DNA of 64,000 bases from Chrysomallon squamiferum. Lineage: Eukaryota; Animalia; Mollusca. The notes under the pieces are model-generated. The model saw nothing but the letters and a program-made list of their open reading frames with translations. It made no database searches and was not told where the DNA came from. A program made the translations under genes and the position numbers. Where the stretch lies: NCBI GenBank assembly GCA_012295275.1, contig CM022673.1, positions 7,626,001-7,690,000 on the forward strand. Direction: 5' to 3'. This document shows, piece by piece, positions 31,601-45,100 of this stretch. Numbering within the stretch: the stretch's first letter is position 1; each line of letters opens with the position of its first letter.

Positions 31601-32640
31601 AGTTATGTGTTATTAACTGGATGTTGATAAAGAGAGGTCTAAACATCACCTGGGGCTATGTGTACAGCAAGTAGTAATCTAGTAAAGCTGGAAATGTTTA
31701 CACCAACACTGGATGTTCAGGATGAACACAATGAATTGTTTTTCATATGTTCAGGTTTGTGTAGAATTTATGGTAGCATGATAACTTAATGAAAGAAAAA
31801 TAAAGGAAAATTTAATCCATAATTTAAATCTAAGAATTAATCTTTAAAAATTATTAATAGTAGGCCAGAAGTAAATTTAACTGTCATCTTTGATGTTGGA
31901 AGCTTGTATGTCACATTTTCAAGAAGTTTAATTTTATTATGACAATTTTGTTATTTTTTATATATTTTTTATTATTATTTTTTTTTTAATGTCATAAAAG
32001 AAAAGAAAAATGTCAAACTACACTAATCATGAATATTCATCATCACATACATTTATCAGTGTGAATATTATATGAAACAATTTCATATTCTGTTTACATG
32101 TTAACAGACACCTAATGTATATTAAATATCAACTAATTATAATCTTTTAAGTTCATATATATATATAATTCACAATTTATTTATTATAAATAAAAATGTT
32201 GGTTTTTTGTATTCATTTTTTAAGGAAGATAGCAAATAAATAAATATATTATAAGACCTTGGCAACTGGCCATGGTGATGTCATATGGCCTTATTTTGTC
32301 ACTGAAAAGAGGGTTTATTTGTAAAACAAGATTATAATGTTCAATACTGGCAAATAATAAAAATAATCAACAGTGCATGAATAAAGGACTGACTCACTGG
32401 TTTGACGTAGTAAACAGACAAGACAATACTCATAAGGTTAGATTATCTATTTTGTTGAAACTTTTGTTTGCAACTTCCTTGGAACATTAACAAGATTTGG
32501 GTCTGTTCATTTACTAACGAGAACTGTGAGTAATTTTACTGAAAGAGTCAGAAGTATCTTTTTCAAATTATATTTCATATGCTTGATTTAGTATCTGAAC
32601 TTCTTTTGACAGAAAGATATAATTAGACACACCTAGAATG

Positions 32641-32647
<7 letters not shown>

Positions 32648-32726
<79 letters not shown>
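32648..32726. repeat. (TC)n microsatellite
   Basis: About 39 uninterrupted TC units. Confidence 0.95.
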
Positions 32727-32732
<6 letters not shown>

Positions 32733-33292
32733 TCACACACTCACAACACCTTTATATAGTAAGAAGTCACAAGAATTTTTTAACTTAGAAAAGAAAATGT
32801 TCAAATAACTCTATATCCAGTAGTTTATTGTTTATTTATTCCAAAGCAACAGAATTTATTATGACAATTTGCATATCCCAGTGATTTATTTTCTGTGTTT
32901 TTTTTTTTCTTTCTTAATATTATAAACAGATAAGTTTGTGAAATTTATTTATTTTTGATAGTTCAGTTTAATCTTTTTATCGTGTTAATTTACACTTACT
33001 GACAGCATTAATATATGCCATTTAAATTATATACATGCAAAATAGTTCACCTACAGGCAGATTATTTACATCATATACTTAGATAACATTTTCAAATTTT
33101 TAATCATTTTCTGTATTTTACAATGTAAACACTTTTAGTTTTTGTTTAAGAAATAATACATAAAAAGATATTTCCTAATAAATAAATAAATAATGGGGTT
33201 TTTTTTTTTTTTTTTTTTTTTTTTTCTAGGAATGTTTTCTTTGAGGTGGCAGTCTTGATGTCACAAAACAATGAGGCTAGTACAATTGCATC

Positions 33293-35139
33293 ATGCCAGA
33301 GTCATCACAAGACGTGAATCAGGCTGGTGTAACATTATCATCAGGCAACACCTCTACCAGAGGATCAGCAGCATCATCATCTCACATAGTCTCGTCAGCT
33401 CAGCTTCTGGCTCAGCGCAGGCAGCGTTTGACTTCAGCCAAATACTATGACATAGCATCGACTCTGCTGGGTGGAGATTCAGATCTAAATGAACTGTTTC
33501 TGGCTGCGGCAAGAGTAAGTTGATTAGCTAGTGTCTGATGTTTTAGAAATGTGATCAATAAATTTTAATATTATTAATGAAAATGCCTTAATTTTCCGGT
33601 TTTGTTGTGATAGCCATTCTAGTCTTTATTGGGAGGTTTAAACAAGGATAAAAAAATATATATTTTTATCATATTTAATAAAGAAGTAAAGTAAAGTATA
33701 CAAAAGCTGAATAAAGCTACTGATGGTTTGCATTTGAGTTGAATAAGATAATTTTGAAGTAAAATTGCAGATAAAAAAAAAATCATAAAACTTTAATAAT
33801 ACAGAATAACACATATGGTAATATTCTTGATATGTAGAAACATTTTGGACCTTCTTTTTCAGGAAGGGGATTACAACAAGATAGAATATTTTCTCCAGGG
33901 CAGAACTGATGTAATAGTTAGTATAGATGTGAAAGATAAAAGGACAGGCAACACCCCACTAATCTGGGCTGTTAAGAAGGGGCATATCAAGGTAAGGGAT
34001 AATTCATAAATATGTAAAATTTGGATTAAAAATTTTGTTTGTAATATCAAGGTGTTTGATATAAAACACACACACAGACACAGACACACATAGACACACA
34101 AATACACATACACACGCCAATACATACATATATAACGGCAGTTTTACAAATGCACAGGTACATTCAATCATCATTGTGTGTGTGTGGGAGGAGGCATACA
34201 AATCAAAATGAATTTTCTATTTACCTTGAACTTTAACATTTCAGATTGTTCATCTTCTGTTAAAACATGGTGCTGATCCTACCCTTCGAAACTATGAAGA
34301 CCAGACAGCCCTGGAGGTGGCAATACCAACCATCAAAACTGTTCTCTTGGACTGTGTGGAAAAAATGTCATATTCACCACACAGGATGTTGCTACAGGCA
34401 GCCTGGCAAGGAAATGCCAAAGTGGTTCAGAAGTTGCTGGTCAGTAAATTTAGTATTGATATACCTTTGATATTCTGCATATTATTTTTCAGGTTTTTGG
34501 GGGGTTTTTTGTTGTTGTTTTTGATAAAAATCATTTGTTTATTGTGGTCCATTTTAATATTAATGTTAATATTTTTATTATTATTTTTATTAATATTGTT
34601 ATGTTTTTTTTTTCTCATTTCATCATTCAAATTATTATTCACATATGAACAAACATAATTTCAGTTGCAGTATTGAATTTTTTAACAGTGGTCATTTTAC
34701 AAATAAATCTAAATGCTAATTTAATATTATCATATATTTTTGGGGGTTAGAAAAAGCAAACCAAATTTCTATAGTTTAATTATTACTATTATTGTTGTTT
34801 ATTTTTATTTTTAGTCTGAATAACAGTCAGTTACATGAACTGTTTAACATAACAACATGAATTCTATTTTGGCTTTATTTTGTTGCATTTAAATATAAAT
34901 AATTTGGCAGTTAGCCCAAATCACATGTTCTGTTTTATGCTAACAGATCTTTAGTCAGTTAAATAAATAGAATCTGTCTATGAATAATTTATTACTATTA
35001 TTTTTATTTTATTTATTTATTATCATTATTCTTATATTACTAAATATACGCACTGTGTAATGTTGTATTATATAATTTATCATATTTGTTTAGAATAATA
35101 TTCATTTACTGCTTACAAAACATCTTTTTTCTTTTTTCT

Positions 35140-35171
<32 letters not shown>

Positions 35172-38100
35172 TTTTTTTTTCTCTTTTTTCTCTTACTATT
35201 TTTATTTTTATTTTTTTTTTTTTTCAAATGGGGTCTATTACAGAAATTCATTTTAGCAGTAGTGTATAAATGTATTACTATCTCAGAGAAGTAATGTTAT
35301 TTAAATGTGTTATATAATACATCTGATTACTGTTTACAAAATTCATTGTTCATTTTGAGAACTGCTACAGCACTAAATTTGTAGTTGTTTCAGTTTGCAT
35401 TATATATGGCTCTTTGTCTGGCTGGCTATATGGCTGTCATCTGTTAAATCAGGTTGGGGTGACTTGGTTCAGCAATTACTGGGTCATTAGTCCTTCCCTG
35501 CAAAGAGAAATAAATCATATATTTTTATTTCTGAACTATTACACTCTGCCATTTATTGATTAGTAAAGATTTGTTACTGGCATTTATATATTTTAGCTAC
35601 ACTGAATTGAGAATCTTGGGGTATTTAATGAATTGCAGATAAATCTTAGAATACATATTCGAAATCAGAAACATTAACAGGTTTATTTATCATTTATTTT
35701 TGGTTAAGAACAGCATTAACAACATATGATAATTTCAAGTTGGCATATGCATTTCAATATTAATTTGAAACTGAAATATTTTTGACATGAGATTTGTAAA
35801 CGTTTTGGATAAATATTTTTTATTTGACGGAATTGTTTAATTTTTTAAATGTTTATTTCAAATATATATATATATATAAACTAATTTGTGAAAGTTAATA
35901 TCAAACTGATTAACACTACATTTAAACAAATAAAATAACAAATACCTATTGGCATTAGCCAGTCAAAATACAACTTTGAATGATGTAAGCATATGCTCTG
36001 TATAGGCAGTACTAAGCACAATAGTTCAGATGGAACGAAATATTGCCATGTCATATGTGGTGTTTTCAATATGTTGTGCAGATTGGTTTGTGAGGCATAT
36101 AACATTAATCAAGTATGATGCAGCGCAGTTGCACTGAGGTCAGTATTTCTGATCTTGATCAGATTACATGGAAGCTGGCAACCTTCAATCACTGTGTGTT
36201 GTGTTAATAAGATATAACTCCCTCTGGACCTCAGCGAGTTTCATGTTGATCAGGAACAAGCTCTGATAAGACCAATGACCTGTAGATGAATTTTTTATCA
36301 AGGACACTTCATCTACCACCATAGCTCTCTATATAAGATGCAACTTGCAAAGAAAATGTCATTTTTGTTTCTATTTTGTTTAGTTGTTTTTGTTTTTTTT
36401 AATGTTGAATTAAAAAAATATTTTGATAAAGTTTTTTTTTTTTTTTAGATACTTATAATGTTTTTTAAATGTTGAAGAAAAATAGAATTTTCGCAGACAT
36501 GACGTAAATAATACATATTTGTTAAATATCTGTTATAAAGTTTATATCACACTTCATATTTGTATAGAGGACCCCAAAGCTTTTCCTAAACATGTAACAA
36601 AAGTTGTTTTTTTTCCATCTAAGTGAAAATAACATTTTTCATTTTCATTCAAGAAATTCTTATATCAGTTAACTTACTTTTACATAATGTTTCATCCTAA
36701 GTGTTAATTTTTTTGGAATGAAAATAACATCTCTGTGTTAAAGTTTCTTTTATTACTTTTTTTTAACAATATGCCTATATGTAAGGGAGTTAAAATAGAT
36801 GCTAAGCATTGAGACTAATTGAAAATAACACCTCTTTGTTAAGGACACTTCAAATAACAATTCTCCATGTCATTTAAGGCAATTTGTTGCTATAAGAATA
36901 ACAATAGGGAAATTAAGAATACAATTATGTATATGGGAGACAGAGATACTGTTTATTTTTAAGCTAAGTCTTAATCAACCAACAACATTTTACAAATTAA
37001 AAAGTGGTTGAATATGAAAAATACATTTAATATAATTATTATGTGGATATTTTCAGTAATTATATTATTTTTATAATAAAGAGATGATCTTTAATAATAT
37101 TTGATATATGAATTTGTTTATATAGATATACATGTGTGTGTGTGTGTGTGGGGGGTTTAATCAAAAGAGAAAACAGTCATTTATAAAAACAGAAAATCAA
37201 ACTTTTATTATCTTAGCCATTTTAAAATGAATTAAAATGTTTGAGTGTCGGTATATTTTAGATGGAAAATAAAGTTATAGATATCAACTGTCAAAATGCA
37301 GAAGGATTAACCCCATTGCTGTTGCTGACGAGGGACATGCAGTTGTTTGAAAGGATATCCACTCAGCTACACCGACCTTACAGTCCTGTTCATGTTCTGC
37401 AGGAATTACTAAGTAACAGAGCGTAAGTAAACAACAATAAAACCCAAATATCAGTTTCCTTGTATCAGTTCAAGATTCTAAGATTTGTTATGTTACTGAA
37501 ATTTTGTCTGTAAAGTTTATTTTCTATATTTTTGTTCCTTTAGTTTTCAGTATAAAAGTTCTTTTTTTTAATAATTTTTATATATATATATATGTGGGTT
37601 TTTTTTATTCATGTAAATGTATCTATTTATTAAGAAGTATAATTCTATGTTGAGACTCAATTCAACTTTAGTTTAATACAACAGGCCTAAAGAAGAGCAT
37701 TTATGTTCTCTCCAGATTGGTAATTACAGCTTTCAAATCATTATTTTTAACATAGTGAAAATGATACACTACTCTTTTTTTTTCTCCATTATATTCATAT
37801 TGTTGCCTTTTAATAGCATCATTATTAAATTTCTCCATTACCCTTTTCCAATAATGAGTCTTTTGTAGATCCTTGATAATTCACGTAGGATATTAGCCTA
37901 GTTTGACTGGTACAGTTTTACTAACAGAGCTGTCCAAAAATATAGGGACAGTTATATCTATTTGGAAATAGAAGTAATTAGAACTGTTAATAAAGGGTAG
38001 TAAAAATATATTTGTAGAATCTTTTGCTGCCTTCCCAACAAAGGATATTATAAATAAACAAAAATAGAAAACAACCCCACCATTAAAATAACGTGTGTAT

Positions 38101-39097
38101 GTTGGTTAATACCTCTTCTTTAAACAATAGGATTTAACATAAAAAGCTCTGAACACTAGTTTCATAGTTTTAACATTTTATATTATAATGTTTTTAATAT
38201 TTTATTCTTTATTTGTACTTTTGATTATTTATTGCTATTTTTATTGATTTTTAATTTATTTCAGGAATGTGCATGCTACAGATGACGATGACAAAACGTG
38301 TCTTCATTATGCTTCCCAGTCAAAGGCCATGTTGGCTCAGTCTGTTGTGAATATGTTGATTAACAAAGGTTCATGTACAGGTGAGATTCTGGTAGAGAAA
38401 TCAATATTATTAACCTAGCAGAGACCTGGTCTTTCACACTATTTTCTTTACAGTCCACAGAAGCTAAATCCTGATTTACAAAATCTGATCAAAATTACTT
38501 CCTGATATTAAGGTAGATTTAGTTTCACGGCATAAACAAAAAAATGAAGAAGAATTCAATAATGAATAATTGTTGCAAAAACTGAATGAAAAAGAGAAGA
38601 AAAAGAAACAAGCATCTTTCCTACCTTATTATTATTATATTTGCATTTTCAGATGCCCCAGACAAACGCCACTTTATGCCAATTCACCTTGCTTCTAAAT
38701 CAGGAAACACAAACGTGATAGTGTCACTGGTTGAAGGAGGATCAGAGGTTAACTCTAGAGGTTATGCTGGTTTAACACCATTACATATCACTGTGAGTCT
38801 TAGATATTAATGTGTCAGCTCTTAATATCAGTTAGAAGGTAGTGAGGAATTTTTGAAATTTTTACTATTTTTATTGGTTGGTTGTCTGCATGAATTATAT
38901 TTCTAAAAGCTGATAATAAGAATCGTGTTGCACCGTAAAAGTATATTGTTTGCATTTAGCTATTAAAATATTATTTTATTAACATAATCATGATAATGGC
39001 ATATTTTTATTTCTTCACCTATCACTAAAGATCAATGCCTTTATGTTTTACATTCCTTTACATTTAATTTAAAAAGAAAAAACTGAAATAAACAAAC

Positions 39098-39128
<31 letters not shown>

Positions 39129-42100
39129 GTAAAAATATAATAAATATAAAACAAACAACATTATACTGAATTTTGGCCAAAATGATGACCATTATTAATG
39201 TGTTCAAAAATATTGAAATACAGGGTGGTGCAAAAGTAAAAATACAATTATGAAAAAAGAAAACACTTACAGTACTCATGGCATTTATTATTCAAACAAA
39301 AAATGTATTTTTATTAATTTAAATAAAATATGATTAATGACACTCATAATAAGAAAAATGAGACCAACTATTTTAATGTGCTGCTAAATTCACTGATGTG
39401 ATACTGCTGTATACCCTCTTTTTGCACCCCCTCTGGATATCTCTTAACATAGGAAGATAATTATATAAAATTCTCTACTTCAGGCTTACAATGATCACCA
39501 TCAGGCTGCCAAGATGTTGCTGCAACATGGTGCTCGACGTGACACTGACAGATGACAGTGGAATGAGAGCAGTTGATTTGGCAAAAAGTCGCAAGATGAA
39601 GACAACTCTTAAAGAAGCATGGACAGAAGCTGAAGAAAAGAAGCAACCAACAAACTTGTCTCCAGTAAGAGCTCCCAGTAGGGAGCATTCCAGACTGTCA
39701 TCAGAAGGCTCCAACAAGAAACGGACAGGAGAAGTCATTTTTGATGTTAGTATTCTAGCAGTGTATTGGTCTTAAAACATAAAAATCTGATTTAAAAAAA
39801 CAAAAATCAACTGATTTTAATAAATATTTTATTGTTCAATGTACGGTATATTTGTTACATGTTATATTTTTATCTTTTGAAAAAGAGAACTGCATTTATG
39901 AATAATGAACTTGGGAAATACATTTTTAAAACATTTTAATTGGATTTCATATGAATAAACAGTATGTTAATTCTAATTTAGTAAAACGTTTAGTAAAAGT
40001 ATAAATTTAGATAACTTTTTATATTTATTTATTTATAATTTGTATTTCTGTTTTTCAGGGATTGCAGATACATGCAGTTTCTTCTCAGGGCAGTATTTCA
40101 CAAAGTATGTTAATATTTTATATTTAGTTCTGTTTATCTCTATATTTTTGCATTAGATGAGAAAACATTTGTTGTTCATTTTTTTCTCTGTTTATATGTC
40201 TTCATATTTGTCTAATAACTTTAACATATCTGAAATATTTTCTATGTTTTGGGTTTTTCAGGGTCAATCTTGACAAGATCTCTCAGTAATGCTGAAAAAG
40301 CTAGAAAGGCAGAACAACAGATGCTTAGAGACATTGAATCTGGAAGGTTCACACCAACACCTAAGTATGAACTGCTGGTTATTTGTTAATGATATAATAC
40401 TGGTAGAATCTGACATCAGTATCTTTAATTTACAGGAATATAATAATGGTTTTACAAAAGTAGTTGATGTTTTACTGCAGTAGAGAATAAAATAAATTAG
40501 TATTACTGGATAAAACAGTTCTTTTCATAAGCACCATTGAATGAATAGATATATGGACAAACATTTATTTAATTACAGTGAGACAGTTATTAAATTTGAG
40601 AGAGAACAATACAGCTACGACTTCATGAAAAACACATATCTATTCACAGCAATAATTCTTTTGAAAGCCAATATTTCCCAAAGACACAAAAATATTTTAC
40701 CATAGTCTTTACTTGAATAAGAAAATTCCAAGTGAATGCACTGAGAATACTTGATTCCCTGATCTGTAAACTCCTTAAATTATTGCTCTAACCATTTAGC
40801 ATTTTCAAAAGCAGTCTTAACAAGATAGCCAAAGAAATTAAGAGTAAAAACAGTTTAAACATTTGTTAATAAAACTAAAATATCATTTTACCTTATTTTT
40901 AAATTTTGTTTTAGAAATGCTGGAATTCTAATAAAAACTGATATATTCTTATCATATAGGGATAACTTTCGAAAGCTTGGTCAGCTGAGGAATAAACCTC
41001 CTCCTATTCCTCAGATTTCACAAAGTAGTAATATACCCAGCAGTCCAGACAGTTTGTCACCTGCAACACCTGGTTTACCCAAACATGTGGATGATGTTCG
41101 CAGGTCGCTGGAAGATGGCAGACATATGTGTCAGAAAGGACAACTGACCATACTTTGTATGTATCAGTTTGAGTACTTTTATCTGATCTAATATAACATT
41201 CAGTAATGGACTAAAGATTACTTGTTATTGTTTATTATTGGCTAAATTAAGATATTAAATAAAATTTTTTGTACACTTTAATCAATACTGAGGTCAGAAA
41301 TTTAAATATATTTTGTTAAAGAAAGTTTTAAGTATACAAAAAAATTGATACTGTTTTACTTTATTATTTGTTTATTTGTCAGTTTATTATTGTTATTTCT
41401 GTTTTAGTTGTCACTGCTTTAATTTTTGCAAAAATTGAAATATATCTGTTTTTCCTCTTTGTTTTTAATTATTTCTCTTTTTGCTTTCAGCTGCATCATC
41501 CAGTGCATTGAGTTCATGCAAGGATAAAGATGTCAGCTTTTGTATTAAAAATAACAGGTATGCAAAATCTTTTCAAACTGCAGTTAAAGGAACATTACTC
41601 TTAATGATTTTCATGTAATGTCATACATAATGAAAAGAAAAACGGAACTGACCTTTTTAGTGATTTATAGTGGATTCATGTTAAGAGAATATGATCTTTA
41701 AGAGAAACTTAAGAGAAAGAGAGGAGACAGAGAAAAATAAGAATTTGTGATTACGTCTCTTGATAATTATCTGAATATTCACCTAACATTTATTTAAGAT
41801 AATTCCTTTTAACATTTAGTTCCTTTTAATATATTATTTATTAACATTTACTTAAAATAAATCATGTTTTAAAATAATAGCTAATTTCTTTCCACCCTCT
41901 ATGCCGATGTTTACTATTGGCTTTTTTTTTTTTAAATAGACAACATTCTCACATAATCACAGAAGACAGCAAGGAGAAGAAACATAAACGAAGTGGATCT
42001 GATCCTTTCACTGCCTGCATTGGTGATGTTGCTTTGTCCTGTGATCAATATCTGTCAAGAAAGGGTATTTTATTCTTCATTATTCTTTTATAAAAATCTA

Positions 42101-45100
42101 GAATTAAACTTGGTAGTTAAAATTATTTTTAAATAGTAGGCAGATACATTATACCTAAAGTTAATATTTACAGTTGTCTTTATTTCTGTTTAAGGATTGG
42201 ACAAAACAGTTTTCATTATTTTAAAGTAGATCGTTGTCATTTAACAGAATTTTAATTTTTTTTTTAATTTTTTTTTTTTTTTTTTTTTTTAATTTTTTTC
42301 ATTTTTAATTTTTTTTTTTTTTTTAAATTGTTTTTTCAGCACGTTCTCATTCAACCTCTTCTTATGAAGAAACTGATGATGACCCACTGAAGATGATGCC
42401 ACTGGATAGAGAACTGACAGGCTTGAACATTCCCTCAACTATCCCAGAAGTCAACAGTCCAAGAGTTACTGCTGTCATCATGGGTGCAGGTGAGATGTGC
42501 TTTATGAAAACAAATTCTCAGTGTATTAACTCATCCCTGAACTCAGATCTGAGGAAGATAAGCAGCATATTTTTTTCATAATATTCTTATAGTTTTAAAT
42601 CTGATGTTTATTGTTTTAATTTGAAAGTGTATTTTATTTATAAACAATATTTTTTTCTATTATTTTTCAGCTTTATTTTTTTGTATCAAAAAATGAATTA
42701 TCTGAATCCTGTTAAATGTATTAAATTTATTAAATTTATTTAATGTTGAACACTGGAAGAGATTTGATAAAGGTCTAAAGCCTTCAAGAGATCTTAATTT
42801 AGGTAATTCTATTTGTATAAAAATTTGTATTTTATTACTTTTGTTACATCATATGGTTTTATAATACATTATCTTGCTTTATAAATATTTATATCATATT
42901 TAAAATTTTTATTGCTGTTTACAGAGGAGCATTCTGTTTCATCATCAGTGATACCTATTTATCCAAACTCTTCACGTGTGCTACCCCCAACACCGGTTCC
43001 TACATTTCTCACCCAGAAGTCTTTCAGTCTGCTGGATGGGAAACTTGTCAGATCACAAGAAAAGGTAACTGTATAACAGAATAACGTAATTATTTTTATT
43101 TACCTTAATTTTTACTGATATACCACTATAGCAAACCACTAAGTCAAATGGATTTTGTAGCAGTACCATAAGTTTAATTGATTCTGGATCATTTCAGTTA
43201 AGTCTGTATGAATTAATGTAATAGGAATATTGTATCTAAGTTATGAACATACTGAATGTTATGTAAGACACTGTTGTATTTGAATCAAATTTTTATAATT
43301 TCAGGAGCTGTCTCCTAGGTCTAATGACGAACTTCCTAAAATATTACAGGATCCGGTGAAGGCTGTGAGTGGAAACAGCCTGCTACGCAGTCACTCTATT
43401 TTCAAGGAAGAGTTCATTCTGGAAGAAAGTCGGCCAAAAGATCCATTACTGCAGTCCTCGGGCAGTGATCCTATGTCCAGTCCTAGCAGTCTTTCATCAT
43501 CTTCCCCAAGAGACATGACCAGTATTATCCTCATAAATAAAAATACTGCGAAAATTGCCAAAGGTAGGATGTCACCTTTGATAACATGTGACTCAAAGCA
43601 AATCAGTGCCTGTGAGAACACTGCTGATTCAGGGCAGCAAAATGGAATTAAAACTCGTTCTAAAGTTGGCAGAAGTCAGAGTTTCAATACTGCAGGGTCA
43701 AAGTCAGCTTCTGCTAGGAAGTTTTCTGTGCCTGATAGTGTAACAGTGCATAATAAGCATATATCACCTGGGGGAATGGAGAGTTCTAATTCTGCAGTCA
43801 AAGTGAAATTTTCCAGAAGTGATTCAGAACTGCACAAACAGTTAGAGAATGCTGTTTCTCAAAATGGTAAAAATAAATTTACAAAGACCAGACATTCAAC
43901 TCCTGCTTCAACAGAAGTGCTTGTATCTCAGAACTGTGATAAAACACATGTAAAGGACTGTGGTGCAAAGTCTAAGACTGTAGCATCAGAAACTACTGGT
44001 AAAGAAAATATCAAAAGTTTGAATATTAATTTGAGTAAAAATCCACAAAGCAACAGCTGTGTAACGTCCTAAAAATAAGGAATCACAAGTATCAGATAAA
44101 AGTGCAGACACTAAAACATCTGATAAAAATATTGTAGACAAGAAGCAAACTGTAACATCAAAGAATGCAGTAACAAATAAACCCAGTAACAATGATATGA
44201 AAGTTTCAAGTAACAGTGCCACTTCAAATAACAGTCTGAAATCAAAAACATCTGACAAAAATGACAAGGATAAACAGCAAATTACATCCAAGAATTTGGC
44301 AACCAAATCATCAGATATTTCTAATGCAAAAAAGTCTGGAGAGAATGTTGCAGTAAGAAAAAGTTCAGATTCAAAAGTATATGATAACAAAAACAGTCCT
44401 CTACAACCAGTCAGAGAGGCAGTTATAAAAACAGAGACCAAAGAAAATAGTGCTGATCAGAAAAAAGATACAAAGCTGGAGAAAGAAAATGTTTCTTATA
44501 ACGCTGAAGCGAAAAATAATGACAAGATTGTGAAGGGATATGATGCTGTTGACAAGGATCAGAAGAAAGACATAAAAAAAGAAAATAATACTCAAAACAT
44601 TTCTACTTTTACCTCACAAAACCTTTCAAAATCTTCTGGGACAACACAGAGCATTTCCTTTGTCAGTAAAAAGCAGATCGTCCCTTCAAAATCTACACAA
44701 ATGACATCTATTACCAATCAGAATAAGACTAAATTCGTAAATGCTTCAAAAAAGGTTGACTCTACTAATAGTCTTGTTAAAACTGTAGTTCACAAAACTC
44801 AACAAGTAGTTCAGGTATCAGTGGAGAAGAAATCTCAAGAGAAGGAAGATCAAACAAAGCCTGCAGTTGAAATATCCAGTGCATCAACTATTGTTTCTAA
44901 AAGAGAGATTATTTCCAGTAAGTCTCCTAAACCTGCAGTAGTTGTTCCAAAAGCTGGAGTAACAAATAATGCAAATAATGTTCATTCATCAGTTTCTAAC
45001 AGTGTGCCTACATTTAAAACGGGACCTCTTGTTCCAAAGCATGATCCTGGTGGAGTAGTAACTAAAACTGTAACAACAACTGCAAATAGTGTACCAGTTA

